The notes: generated by a model not told the origin, from the letters alone. DNA of 64,000 nucleotides from Mizuhopecten yessoensis (GCF_002113885.1 NW_018403450.1:856702-920701), one strand, 5' to 3'. Positions 13,201 to 28,000 are shown, counted from the first letter of the stretch. Program-made: numbers and translations.

Positions 13201-16200
13201 TCGTCCGTTACACACCAACATCATGGCCAATGTGAGGAGGTTTAAAGCCGGATTGAGGTATGTGTATTCCGCGTCCACCATCATTATCACTCCATTTTCC
13301 ACCGCAGCCTGCATAACAGTATATATCAAAATGCTAGATAATAAAAACAAATCTTTTCATTAAATGAGTAATACATGTGACATGCAATCAAATCACTCCT
13401 AAAACAAAGTAGTGTACTACGGGAAGAGTTTGCTTAATCAAACTTTGGCTTTTCATCGGTACCGATTTAACTGAGCACTGTAATTATTCGCTATCACGAT
13501 AATTTGTCCCCTTTTATGGAGGGCGGAAAAGATGTTGCGGCGGAACTTTCCCAGTACAGTATTTTGAATTTTGGAATTGTTATCCGACTCTTATAAAATT
13601 GTTACCTGACTCTTATAAATTGTTTATTGATTATTTATTCATGTACAAGTGCCAGTTTTCCTTTAAAAATCTATTAAAATAAAGTAAGCCAAAACGTGGA
13701 TTCATGTATCTTAAAAATGCTCGGGTTCTATTTGCCGATACTCTAGAAACGACCAAGTGTTATAATGTACATGTATTGATCCTTACCCTACACGCCACGA
13801 TGGACCAATCATAACCCAGTAATCTGTTCTAATTAGTAGGTCCCTGTGATCAAATGTAAGTACTTCCATCATAATTCCTAATTGTTGATTCGATTTCAGC
13901 TCAATACTAAGAAATAGATCAATATTTTAAAACGAACCTCACAGAGTTTTCTGATCCTGGACAAACCCCTGTTCAGGTCAGCTGTCTCGTCCTCTGACAG
14001 GAAATCGAACCGAATCTATAGGGAGATCATTAAAGAAAGGAATTTAAAGATGTCAAGCAGCATAAAATATGAAGAGAAAGATTACAAAATGTAAATCTAA
14101 TGCATGACGTTCACTTTCAACTGTTTTCAAATATCATATAGATGGTCCTCTTATTGATTTTAAAGTTCAATAAGTTCTCATATCGCGTTTAAAGCTGACG
14201 TCATATTGGCTAAATTCCAATTTCGGAAACGTCATTCTGATGCTGTTTAAATTATATTTACGTCAAATAAAGCCTTTGATAGGTGTTTTTTTTGTGAAAC
14301 TTTTTCATTTTTTTACAACAGGTAGTATCATGCTTTCGGTCATATATCATCGTGTGTACTTTCCATCATGCAGTTTCCAAAATCGGCCATTATACATAAG
14401 CAATAGTCACCTGGTCTCCATGTCGAATCCCATTGGCCACAGTTGTCACCACCTGTCCATTCTGGGAGGGGTGTGGCACATGTTGAGATATTTTCTCCTG
14501 TAAGCATAAACATACTAATTATTATAATTGTGTTTTGAGATTTTCTTTTCTTCAATGATGGAGTTTGGGGGTATAGGTTTTCTTCTGGTCCCTATTTTAT
14601 GGGGCGAGGAGACGAAAATAGAAGGGCTGTAGCCAACACTAGAGCCCAATTCTTGGATGTCTTCTGAGCCACCTCTAGTTGGCAAGTAGTCAGAATAATG
14701 TGACCGTACCGGTACGAAGCAGAATCCATGAATTTTCAAGCAGAGAAACAAAGGCTAGCTACGTCGACCCTGGCGGTCACTTTTAAATGGCAAGACCCCA
14801 CGGCCTTTGTAGGAACCATCGTAATGCGGTCATAGCTGTTGTCAGTTACATTTGACCACTATCAACAAATCAACACGAAACGAACTATACTGCATTGGTT
14901 TATATACTGTAAAGAACACACGTCTTATGTACATCAAAATGGGTGTATCGATATCAGTTGTCGTGTTAGTGGGATTAACTAAGCAGACACAACTATCCTA
15001 TCAGGTTTATTTATAAGTCGGATCTTATTACCAATACATGATTAACGTTTCTGTCAGGCAATTTACAATTTCTCCTTACACAAAGCTTTGCCGGAAACAT
15101 GGCCGTCAGTTTGGTTTGCATCATAGGGTGAGGATCTTTAAGACCGGAAACAACCTCCAGGCACTGTAACGTAGTCGCCAAATTCCGGTCATACTTCTGA
15201 TCAGCCTCTCTATAAAAATATTAATACAAACATCATGAACAAAATATAAAAAAAAAAGCATTTTGAATAACTTGACATTTTTTTTCATATTTGCATGCCA
15301 CCTGAAGTATGTTTATTAATCATCAAAATTTCATCCAACAATGGACCAAAAAGATATGTGTGCATGTGTTGTTTGTTGTGTTTGCTTACTTTTCATCACA
15401 AAACACATTTTTTTTTATAGAATAACGTTTCATATCATAGCTGGTTTTTTTCTATCTTTACTGGAAACTTTGAAAATAAAATTCATTTATATTTTCTAAT
15501 TTTTACATACCCCTGTCACACGAAATATGAGCTGTTTATTGTCATTTGGAATATGAGCTTCTTCAATTTTATTTCAGAATATCATTGTCCGTTAATTTTA
15601 AGTCATTTGTCCAAATTGAAAAAAAAGTGTTTTTTTTTTGTTACTAAGCTAACAGGTCATTGATAAATCTTGATATCCAGGACGGACGTTATTGAATCCT
15701 AACCTGGTATCATCTGTTGTGTCCTCCTCCATAGCGACAGCCACTAAGGGTCCGACTCCCATCTTTCTCATCCTGACCACGGTCCGTAGTAGAGATTCCG
15801 GACTGTCCCCGCCGACAAACTGACCATACACCGTCGGTTTGGCCAAACGATCAAACAGCTTGTTGCCCAGAACCCTCCGGCCAGTGTTCATCAACTGAAA
15901 ACATCCGAAAACACATTACATCTCCTGCACACACGCAGGCACATATACCCAAAGGGAGATATAAGCCAGGTGGCATATGACTAGTAGTTAGCGCCTGATA
16001 AGGCAGCTCCTGCTAGTTCGTCAATGTTGTATTGATGATTGCATATGCTAATTGTAGTGATTGTATAAATTGTATATCGATAAACTTTAAAGCGTTTTAG
16101 AGTGGTTTATTCTAGATAGATAGGGCGCTTCATGTATATCAAATGCTGTATATTATTATTATTAAATTCCCTGGTAAGTTGAATACTTTAATACCCCCAG

Positions 16201-16784
16201 TGTCAATATAACAAATCAACATGACTTATGTATTGATCCCTATAAATGGCTTCTCAGAAATTATTTATGCTGTAACATGTCAAGTTATTTTAAAAAAAAA
16301 TCTAGCTACATGTACAAAGGATCCTTGATTACTTAATGAGGAGGGACTTCTGTCGAGTATACAATCATGCAGATACACATGTACTTATAGCAAGGAGCAT
16401 ATCATTTTCTGAAAATAAATATGTCATTGAAAGAAAGCACGACAAGAAATGTTCATGAAAGTTTCATTTACATTAGTTTTGCCACCTTACCTTAAAGCTG
16501 TTGTCCACAATCGTATCATTAGTACACATCTTGATGATGGCGATGGAGCGGGCCAGCTCCAAACGGGACTTGGACTGGAAAGCCTTCTGGTAGTCATCGA
16601 ATCGCAGATCTCTGGACAAACTGTTGCCGACATAAGTTGTCCCCGTTTTTCTGCCTTTTTCTGTTGACAATTCGGCTCGAAACTGACCGTTCGTGTGAAA
16701 TGCATTAGTTGTTTTAAAATTGCCCGAGTAGTTAAAATAGATCGCTATCACTCTTGAAGAACGGCCACGCACGATATGCGCCAT
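10250..16784 (-). CDS. PRODH2: Hydroxyproline dehydrogenase-like paralogue B (PRODH2-like), complete, 9 coding exons, 483 aa
   Basis: Exons (minus): 16784-16491, 15894-15704, 15209-15080, 14497-14411, 14015-13938, 13308-13162, 12027-11750, 10828-10740, 10407-10250 (TAA); 1452 nt, open throughout. PRODH-barrel motifs: VYGQFVGG, MVDAEYTY, YQNYLK, KLVRGAY, IASHNEDT, FGQSYGMSD, VYKSIPYG, YLSRRAMEN. Ser in YKSIPYG is the PRODH2-type residue. Confidence 0.92.
10577..10733. repeat. (GAT/GAC)n microsatellite directly behind the exon-8 donor of PRODH2-like B
   Basis: Visible GATGAT/GACGAT runs; on the minus strand the donor GTGAGT runs straight into (CAT)n. Confidence 0.9.
11605..11703 (+). mobile_element. 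tRNA-derived SINE head (degenerate)
   Basis: A-box-like GGTTCAATTAGTAGAGCG and B box GGTTCGAATCT, with no intact cloverleaf; a more decayed related copy lies at about 11395-11490. Confidence 0.55.
15945..16165 (+). mobile_element. 3' end of an L2/CR1-type LINE or LINE-tailed SINE
   Basis: AAAGCGTTTTAGAG...AGGGCGCTT stem followed by AAATGCTG and a (TAT)n tail. Confidence 0.5.
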
Positions 16785-17835
16785 ACTGCAGACTGTCAGT
16801 CGTGGAGAGCTGTATTCTGGTTTCTGTTTTTGTTTTCTCTATTGAAATAGATACTGAAGATTTTGTGCTGATGTATATATACAAGGTGTGTATGTCGGCC
16901 ACGTCTCCGCTTACATTGTATATATATACGCTCCGGGTACAGTTGGTCTAGATCTTGGATGACACTTTATAATATTTGTTTATATTTTTACAGTTTAGGA
17001 CCGGCCGATTACGTTATGTGATATTTCACGAGGAAAAGACAAAAATACATTGAATTAAAAATAATAATAAGCAAAACAAATAAATCGAAAGTAAAAGAAG
17101 ACAAAAGATTGCCACAATAGTGCAAAGACACCTTCATGAAGACTTTTATTTTGAAATTGAATTGAATGTATCACCACACGAAAACAAACCTCGTGAATCG
17201 TCCTCACTTCTAAATATTCTACACATTTTAAAGCAGGACGTTTGTATAAAAGATGCTTTTACACCTAGATAAAGAGCTAATTACGAAAGCTGAGAAATAT
17301 ACATAACCGACAGTTGATATTAATTTTATTACACGTACGTTCCCTATAGGAACATTTTTGAGACATTTTGTGTTTATCCCACAATGTAGAATGTGCAAAT
17401 CAAAGACTGAGAAATAACATATTTATGGACGCAAATGCGAAAATAAAATTGCACAAATAACAAAGTTGTATACAGCGAGTAAATATAATCGTCTAGACGA
17501 TTTTTTTTTGAAAATGTATACACTGTATATCCTATATGTATGTTGGATATATAGGACGAAACACGAGATGTCCAGAATATGAGTAAAGGTTTACTAAATT
17601 TGACACTGACAGCGTCTGCCGTACTGATAGGCTTTATAGCCTGCGTCATCAGTCGCTGTAACTAGATCCCATACATAAAACCCGAGCCCCGAGACAAGGG
17701 AAAGGTGGACACTTCCACCTGTAACGATGGGACGTAGATGTGCTCAATTTAGACAACATAAACTATTTCTACTTCGAACAAGAATAAGTCGCTATATCAT
17801 CACGTGGATTAACGATGTTTTGTTTTCTTTCAAAG

Positions 17836-18355
17836 TCCCTGCAGGTAGGGCGTAAGAATTTTACCTGCTGCCCCCATTGCATGATCGTAAGAGGCGACTT
17901 AATTTGCGAATTTATCTTTTCTCTTCTTTCTAAACATCTTCCTTCTTCCTAATGTCCCCTTGCCAATGCCTCACTTTTGACCTTTAGTGGAGAGTTCGCC
18001 CCTGTGAGGAAGGCTTTGGGTTCTGTTCACTGGCCGAGACATACCAGAGTCTGTAGAAATTGTAGTTTCTACTCCTGCTTAACGTCAAGCAAATTAGGAG
18101 TGGGACGACTGGTTCGCCCGTTGTCAGTATACTGTGACCGGGTGGGGTGTCCTGCTGGGTGTCTTAGGCAGTATGTTTAAGTGAGGTAGCACCATAAACT
18201 CGGCATCAGTTCCGCGCTATCACAAGGAGACAAACACGGACATATCGCAGCCTCCAAAAACACACACGCATGCATCTTGCACACAGTGGAGGCCGTCCTT
18301 AAATGACCATAGCTGTTGATATGACGTTAAACAATACTAAACCAAACCAAACCAA
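17836..18355 (+). mobile_element. Composite SINE with conserved central domains and an (AAACC)n tail
   Basis: Contains GATCGTAAGAGGCGACT and GTCAGTATACTGTGACCGGGTGGGGTGTC core-like blocks. The tail TAGCTGTTGATATGACGTTAAACAATACTAAACCAAACCAAACC recurs at 58636-58700; related cores occur near 14690 and 21340-21380. Confidence 0.75.
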
Positions 18356-19354
18356 TTTTTCTTTCAATGTTCATGCCGGTGTATACATGTATGAACAACG
18401 GCAATTCAATACGTTTATATATACATTATAAGTTTTAGGATATATAAGTTCACTAAATATTAGTATTCTGTAGTATTTTCGTTAGCAAAGTATCTATATC
18501 GTCAGCGCTAACACTATTCCTGGAACAGACAACCCACACCTAAATGTCTGCTTGACGCGAAGGGAAGTGCCATAACGACACTGAGTTAATTGCGTTCACA
18601 GCCCTATCCATGCTATTTCTTGATGTAGTGTCTACGTGTTGTTCAAGTAAATCGGGCATTGCAGCTTTACATTATTATAGTTTCTTGCTCATTCGAATTT
18701 TAGGATCAGATTATGTTTTCAAGCACACACCCACCAACACAATGATGTGACATAACACTCTAATGACTGAAGCACAATATTTGATAAAATGCTGGAAAGT
18801 GAAAATAAGAAAATAAGTGTGTTATATGAGAACAGAAAAGATCAACAGTCGGAATCAGACTCAAAAGCGCTCACCAAACACCATTAACAGCAAGTTGATT
18901 TTTTTTTTCACATTTGCGATGGTTTTACATTAATTTTCAGCCATCTTTTCAAGTTGTGCTAATATAGGACCAACCACCGATTACGTTTAATTGTCTAAAT
19001 ATTTAATTGATTTTTAATTGTATATACATACCATATTATGCGCCTATACAAACATGTTCATAATAACAGACACCCTGTTTACGTTATATTGAAAGTACAT
19101 ATCGCATACAAATCAAAGGTATGTATTATATGAACACCACACAATATTTTCACTCATTCAGCAAAATGAATACTGGGTAATACCATCGACGGCTCTTTTG
19201 TCCATATACAGTTTAACGGAAACAGTTCACATTCATAGAAGCGAATATACTAGATGTCGATGCATCAACCAGGTACCTACAATCACCGTACGTAATTATA
19301 ACTAAACACTATGTAACATGTCTCACAGTACACACGTACATATTGCACATCTGG

Positions 19355-22300
19355 TCATCTCTTCTCAAGTTTTATGCGTATTCCATTATTAGAGCGCATG
19401 ACGAGTTCAAAAACTAGTTCCGGTTCATGGTTAGGGTCAGGTAGTACCTTAAATCTAAAAAGGAAAAATCACTAAGCGGAATTTTTTGTTCAATCAAAGT
19501 GCAGTCATAAAAAAATACAACTCAATTCCACCACTGTTGACCATAAAGCTCTATTTAACTTTTGTGTATTATCAGATTTTACATTAAATTTCTGTTTCAA
19601 TGATTCTAATACCCCCATTTGACTCTCATAGAAAGAGACTGAATATCAATTTTGTATCAATTGACTTAATATTTTGTATCATTAACTCACCTCTGCACTA
19701 ATTTTGCTAGAGCGACTTTCTGTTCATCCAAAGCGAAGTGTTGCCCTATACAGTTTCTGTAAACAGAAACACATAAATTACTTTTCAGATATATTTGGAG
19801 TAATAATTAAAATCATTTATTGAAATTAGTTCATTTTGAATATTATACATTTAAACAACCTAAAAACGTGACGCAATCTCAAAGACGTTGCAACACGATA
19901 TAGGACACAGCACTTCCTGTATAGTCGCCAGACCCGAGGAGAACAATGAATGCTTGAAAACTGCGATCAAATAAAATCTGCAATGGAAACATAGCAAATA
20001 CCACACACGAATGTTTCCATGGAAACAAACGAAGTAGGTTTCGTTATACAGAAACAAAACCGCTACTTTATGCCTGAATCAAGCACTATCTCAAAATAAA
20101 ACATTACCATAGTATATGGCCTATTTGATCTAATTTGGGTTCAATAAACACCATTCATAATTTAACTTAGTGACGAGGAACCTTGGTATTTGCGATATGT
20201 CTACACAGTGCATTGAGTTTACACTTTGATACCAGGCAAATAAACAGAAAAAGTAGATTTGTATACACGGTTAGTTGTCCATGCTATCAAACCTGCTGCA
20301 AACAGAGTAAACAGGGATATGCATGACTTCTATTTGAATAAAACAAAGCATTTGTATGTATGAGCATATCTAACTGAGGCCATATGTGATACAACGGGCC
20401 AACGGAGAACGTGTATTTGTACATTCGACTGTACTACCATACCTGGAACCAGCAGAGAAAGGTACGTAGCTGTATGGATCCTTCTCGGGTTCGTCTATAA
20501 ATCTGTCTGGTCGGAACGTCTGAAACAAAATTTAAATATACATTCAGTAAGATATGTATGCAATGTATTTCATGAAGTGACATATTATAAAAAATCAAAA
20601 ATAGCTTCATGCATATTCATACGATGAAAATAAAGTTGATGAATGTATTGTATTGTAAGCGATCCTTGTGATTTGATTGTAAATGACGTCATAATCAAAT
20701 GGACAGCGACAGGCCGTTTGTCGCACTGTTGGCCACTATTTCTGTCACTTCTCTGTAGCATGTTTGTCTTCGTGCAAGCATAATTAATATATCATTTTTT
20801 TTTTTAAATTTCTTAACAACCATGTAAAATATAGGGAACATCATCTCCTCCTTTTTATATTGCTTCTTTTCAAGAATGGAAAATGAACGAAACCTATTTA
20901 GGGTTTTAAAGCACTGCCTGATTAGCAGCAGGACCGGACAAATGAAGGTGGAGTTCATCCTCACTTTGTTTAAAAGTGGCATAACGATAAAACCTGCCGT
21001 TAATTATTACATGATCTGTAAGACGCGACTTATATGGGAACAGCTCTGTCGAATTGGGGATTGCTTGTGCACTTCTTTTTAGGAATACGGAAGAGACCGG
21101 AATCCATCTACACCCATCACAACACTTGAGATACATATATTTATTTCCTCTCCTTTCTCACAACATTATCGGACCCTAGCGCCTTGCTAGACAATACTTC
21201 ATTTTCAACCTTAGTGCCTAAACGTTCACCCAAGTGTGGAAGGTTATATATTCTGTCCCCTGACCGAAGCGCCCAAAACTCATTAAATTGGCAGTTAAGG
21301 TTCCTGAATGACGTTAAGTTTAAATGGTTAGGCAATAAGAACTGGTTAGCCCGTTACCAGTATAATGTGACCGGATGTGTCCTGTTAGTGTGTTCATGTT
21401 ATGACATTTCTTTGTAATGAAATAATCTCTTATATGAGTTAATCAACCGTGGACACTGTCTTCATATTGATATAGGTGTAACAAGGACGTGAAATCCCTA
21501 GACGAACATCCATTGCTAGGCTATTTGATCTGTGGCACGTTGAAACTGCTCGTACGGCTTCAAGCAAAGTGAGATCATCATTTAAAGCAAACATTCTGGT
21601 GATTTAACATGAAATGATAATACCGCGGAAAACAAGTGTTTTTACAGTATGTACATGTACAAGTCAAATGGCCATGTACCTCGGGGTCGCCCCATATGTC
21701 CTCCCGGTTGTTAAGAGCATGTATCAACACGTATATCTGCATATTGGCGGGAACCTTGAGTCCGTCTAGGTCTATTTCCTCTGTTGTGATACGGCCTACT
21801 GAAGGCACTGGAGAATACATACGCATGGATTCCTTCAGGAACAAAGCCAGACGAGAAAGCTCCTTTATATCAGACCTGTTCAATGAACAAACACAAATGT
21901 ATAACAACATTTCGCCGCCGTCAGTTAAACTATGAGAAGACAGTTTGGAAACATGTTTTACTTATAGTGGCCGGCGAAAGAAAAGAAATCTCATCATATA
22001 GTTCGCCTTCATATTCTCGCATTCTCTCGTCATCGTCACCATACCATGTTCTGGCGTTGTCCCATTCTCGTTTTGTTCCTCCGTCGCTGTCGTATTGAAG
22101 CGGTTTTTAGTTGTCGACCTTAGCCAGGAGGAACATGCTTAGAGCTTTGTTATTTGGTCCTAACTGGCAACCATATTCACATCGGTATCGTCTTTTTGTT
22201 TTGAGAGTCCACTAAAGCATTTTTTCAGTTTTTATTTGTGTTGCTTATTCATAGAAACCTAGCTGCCTCTTTAATTTGTGATTTGACTTTGGCAATAGAC

Positions 22301-25058
22301 AGACATTCGTTCGTTCATATCCAGTGCATATTTTGATTTATATTAACGTCGCTGTTGTAATCTCCCCTCCTTTCTTTAAGTTTATGCTTTTAATACAGGA
22401 CATTGCTCTTAAAACAACTTCTCTCCAAGTATTCTAATTCGTGTGTATTTCATCTCTTTGATTAATGATGCTTGGAAAAATGACATCATCATAAATTTCC
22501 TGATATCTTACACTGTGGCACGAACTAAGGACACAATTACATACAAATGTAAAAGACGATAGTGAGTTACAGCGTAGTATTTCATGCATACCATTAAATA
22601 GTTTTTGCATCAGTTTATGCCAATATGACACCGTAGCTAATCAGGTACATGATACATTAGGAACATATGAATATTTACCATTCAACTTGTGTTCTGTCAC
22701 CAAGTACTTTCGTTACTTCCTCGTAGACCTTTTGTTGCTCTTTCAGGTTTTTTGATAATGAGTAAATGGCCCAACTTAGAGAGGAGGCCGTCGTGTCATG
22801 ACCTGGTAAGAACGAAGACTTTTATATATATTATATATGTACATTATAAACCAATAGAACGAGTTAAAATATATATTTCTGTTCTCAACCAGCAATCCTA
22901 CATGATACATTCAGCGGAACCTTTCTATAAAGAACATCATTCATAATAATACCACATGATTATATATATTTACCAAAGCTATATGTTAATGCCGCGTTTC
23001 AATACATAGCTCAAAAGTTTGCCAGATGTGCGGCGATTCTTAACGTCAAAACAGTATATATTATATGTCTCCAGTTTTGGTATATTGACCATTTCTTTAG
23101 GGGTAATACAACCTTGAAGTTACCTTATAACCAATACTTCTATGATCATATATAGTACGAAGAATTATCAGAAAGCATACCCTCAAATAGGAAGGTATTG
23201 TTTGTCTCTGGTTTTGGTGTATTGAACATATCTTTATGGGTATTAAAACGTTGAAGGTTTCTGATAATAAATAATTTTATAATTATAGAGTTCTAAGAAC
23301 TATCAGCAAGCATACCCTCAAACAGAAAGGTGTCGACCTCGTCCCTAACCTCACGGTCGGTCAGCCCCTCGCCCTGCTCGTCCCGTGCGGTCAGCAGAAT
23401 ATCCAGAAAGTCTAGCCGACGCTTAGTTATGACTGACTTGTCGGCCGCCTGTCCACAAAGCATAAAAAAGAAACAATGTTAAATCAACTGTTTGCTAAAG
23501 ATATGGACTCTGCGTCAGTAAAACGTTAATAATATATAAATTTACTTAACCTTTCAATCATGGAAGACAATTGGTCTGTCAGCAAAGTTCACCTTTCGGA
23601 CATTTTTAATACGAAAAAGTGTTCAATGTGCAAAGTAGTTAAATTCGAATAAAATAAAAAAAACGTGTGCTGTTACATGTACTTGTACCAATTTTGACTT
23701 TTTTAAGCCGCACGAGTTACTTCCCTTGAATATACATTTCAACTAAGCTATTTTATTTATTTACTTATTTATCTGTTTATATAAATTTGTTTGAGCATTT
23801 TATCGTCTTATATTAGAGATAAGAATAGAAATGAAATGGTATGATGGTCAGTGACAGAAAGAACAAAGTCGAGATATTTATCAAACCCCATCTTCGTCTC
23901 TCTTATTAACAATGTCTATCAATTACATTCGATAACACATAGTAATTATCTGTACCAACCGGAAACAACCGGACATGCTAAAATTGGCAGATCTCATCAA
24001 TAGGTAAATAAGAAACCAATCTATTAACTTACCAAAGCTTGTTTTCTTTCCTTGATGACTTTCTCGTCAAACTCATGTACAAACTTTGCATATTTGAAAA
24101 ATGTCCTTCCAGATGATGACAACCTATATAATATGTCTGGGTGTAACCATGGTTCCCTGTAACAAAAAAATACATTGCTTGATTGATTTTTTTTGATACC
24201 ACACAGGTACCTGGACCATTTCTCTTTGTAAGTCGTATCATTTACCTCACTGAAACTCCTAAGTTTTTTTCCGCGATTTGTTTCGATGTTTTAGAACATT
24301 ACTATGTTCATCATTAACCCATCCTGTCTAAAGCGATTTTTACTGTTGTGATTCAATCACTTAACTATCAATTGTCGTTAGCCGGTGGTTCAAACGGACA
24401 GTTCCGATCTCCTTTGATACTGGATGGTATAACTCTAGTTAAATATTGAAATTTCCGAAAAATCATCGAAAACATATCTTTAACCGAAACGCAAATGTAC
24501 CCCGAAACTCTTCGCGAGGCGAAATCCAAAGAAGTTTCATTTAGACCGCTTTGCACAAAAGTTTGACAGCTCATTGAATGAGTAATTGAAAACTAATACA
24601 ATCTAGTCTGAGATACGATACAAAAAGACAACGATTCTTATGTAACATGTAAGTATATTTATATATCTAAGGCAAATAGTGTGACTTAACAAACATGTAA
24701 AGTCACGTGTCTACCTAGCCACGTGTCGGTTAAGTCACGTGTCTACCTGGTCACGTGTCAGTAAAGTCACGTGTCTTCCTAATCACGTGTCAGTAAAGTT
24801 ACTTCAGATGTCGGTTAAGTCAAGTGTCATATAAATTCAGGCATCGGGATGTTATTTTTCACATCAATAGTAACTTGTGCAGTAATTCTTACATTATTCT
24901 CTTGACTGAGAGGTTGGTAAGGATCCGGACCGCGTTTACATAGGGATGTTTTGATCTGCAAAGCACAACAAGAGAGCAAGCAGTTGTAAGATAACACAGC
25001 ATAATTGTACGTTTCTGTTCCACCATATTGTGAAACTATTAAACACGTTTGGTACATG

Positions 25059-25094
<36 letters not shown>

Positions 25095-28000
25095 AACATT
25101 TATTTTAATGTGTCAAAATATAAAGGAAAACATCAACCTTTGTACTCTATATAATTCGCTGTACAACAGTTTATTGTGCGAATGAACATATATATAACTT
25201 TAGTAAGTTTCCAATACTTTCGCCTGTGTTATTAGGGTACCTGTATAAACAAAGCGGCGGTGAAATGTAGAGGAAATACTAGAATGCGTTATTACTTTTA
25301 GTTATGATGTCTAAAGATTAAATATTCCTTATGAGAGATGCAATGATTAAAACACAGATGAAAATTATAATGCCTCTTTGATTAGAAATAAGAGATGTAA
25401 ATATTTGAAGCGTTTCGGCTGTCATTGTGAGACAGAAGAGGAGGAGGAGGCCACCACCTTCCGTTCTAATATATAACCATATTCATTTTTTTTATTACAT
25501 TGCAACTGTAATTCAGCCAAAAGTTCTAAGCATTCTTTATGCACTGTACGAGTAAACGACGCGATAATGTCCAAAAACGATCTTAAACGGTTACAAATTA
25601 AACAGTGCTCACCCCTGTTCCTGTACGTTATCCTCGTACGACAGGGCACAGCGTAACAGAGTATCCAGTGTAGCGAGTCCTACTCTGTGATGAATCTCCG
25701 TACTTTTACCGCCACTGGTCGCTACTTCTACTTCATCCTAAAAACGAAACGTGATTTTTTTCTATATTATTTGTTACTGAGGATTTCCTATTGCCCAATG
25801 TAATATGTACAACTATTGATCTTTTGAAACAAAATAAAGATTGCATGTTCTATTAAAACGTATGTGCTTCAATTTAATTTATTTTAAAATGAGGACTGAA
25901 AATGAACTTGTCTTATACTTATTTTTCTTAAAAAAAATATATATATTATCTGACATAGAAACCTAAGCATTTGAATAGGCCTGACATAGAAACTTAATCA
26001 TTGGAGAATAGGCCTGACATATAAACCTAAGCATTGGAGAATAGGCCTGACATAGAAACCTAAGCATTGGAGAATAGGCCTGACATAGAAACGTAAGCAT
26101 TGGAAAATAGGCCTGACATAGAAACCGAAGCATAGGAGAATAGGCCTGACATAGAAACCTAAGCATTAGAAAATAGGCCTGACATAGAAACATAAGCATT
26201 GGAGAATAGGCGTGACATAGAAACCTAAGCATTGGAGAATAGGCCTGGCATAGAAACATAAGCATTGGAAAATAGGCCTGACATAGAAAACTAAGCATTG
26301 GAGAATAGGCCTGGCATAGAAACATAAGCATTGGAAAATAGGCCTGACATAGAAACGTAAGCATTGGAAAATAGGCCTGACATAGAACCCGAAGCATAGG
26401 AGAATAGGCCTGACATAGAACCCTAAGCATTAGAAAATAGGCCTGACATAGAGACATAAGCATTGGAGAATAGGCGTGACATAGAAACCTAAGCATTGGA
26501 AAATAGGCCTGACATAGAAACCTAAGCATTGGAGAATAGGCCTGACATAAAAACCTTAGCAATGGAGAAAAAGCCTGACATAGAAACCTAAGCATTGGAG
26601 AATAGGCCTTGCATAGAAACTTATGCATTTGAAAATAGGCCTGACATAGAAACCTAAACATTCGAGAAAAAGCCTGACATAGAAACCTAAGCATTCGAGA
26701 AAAAGCCTGACATAGAAACCTAAGCATTGGAGAATAGGCCTGGCATAGAAACATAAGCATTGGAAAATAGGCCTGACATAGAAACCTAAGCATTGGAGAA
26801 TAAGCCTGACATAGAAACATAAGCATTGGAGAATAGGCGTGACATAGACACCTAAGCATTGGAGAATAGGCCTAACACAGAAACCTAAGCCTTGGAGAAT
26901 ATGCCTGACATAGAAACCTAAGCATTGTAGAATAGGCCTGACATAGAAACCTAAGCATTCGAGAAAAAGCCTGACATAGAAACCTAAGCATTGAAGAATA
27001 GGCCTGACATAGAAACCTAAGCATTGGAGAATAAGCCTGACATAGAAACCTAAGCATTGGAAAATAAGCCTGACATAGAAACCTAAGCATTGTAGAATAG
27101 GCCTGGCATAGAAACATAAGCATTGGAAAATAGGCCTGACATAGAAACCTAAGCATTGGAGAATAGGCCTGGCATAGAAACCTAAGCATTGGAAAATAAG
27201 CCTGACATAGAAACCTAAGCATTGGAGAATAGGCCTGGCATAGAAACATAAGCATTGGAAAATAGGCCTGACATAGAAACCTAAGCATTGGAGAATAGGC
27301 CTGGCATAGAAACATAAGCATTGGAAAATAAGCCTGACATAGAAACCTAAGCATTGTAGAATAGGCCTGACATAGAAACCTAAGCATTGAAGAATAGGCC
27401 TGACATAGAAACCTAAGCAATGGAAAAGTTTTCTGTCTTATTCAACTAAACAACGGAAATCAGCCTGTTTTTTTTTTAAAAGTGACCAACGTGGAAGCCG
27501 GCTGTCTTATAAACCTTAGTAACGTAAAAGCAGCCTGTCTTATAAACCTTAGCAACGGAGAAGCAGCATGTCTTATACACCTTAGTAACGGAGAGGTAGC
27601 CTGTCTTATAAACCTACGTAACAGAGAAGCAGCTTGTCTCATAAACCTTAGCAACGGAGAAGCAGCATGTCTTATGCACCTTAGCAACGGAGAAGCAGCA
27701 TGTCTTATAAACCTAAGAACGGAGAAACAACCTGTTTTATAAAACTTAGCAACGGAGATGTAGACGGTCTTATACATTTTAGCAAAGAAGAAGCAGCCTG
27801 TCTTATAAACCTTAGTAACGGAGAAGCAGCCTGTCTTATAAACTTAACAACGGAGAAGCGGCCTGTCTTATTTACCTTAGTAACGGAGAAACAACCTGTT
27901 TTATAAACCTTAGCAAAAGAGAAAAAGCCTGTCTTATTAACCTTAGTAAAGGAAAGCAGCCGGTCTTATAAACCTTAGTAGCAGATAAGCAGTCTGTCTT

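Noticed and set aside
25963-27906. Long ORFs of 298, 182, 105, 86 and 68 aa with [11 protein letters not shown]-type repeats
   Set aside because: They are by-products of a stop-free 33-bp unit inside CYP4-A intron 3; the frames are broken by indels and CYP exons 3 and 4 join in phase without them.
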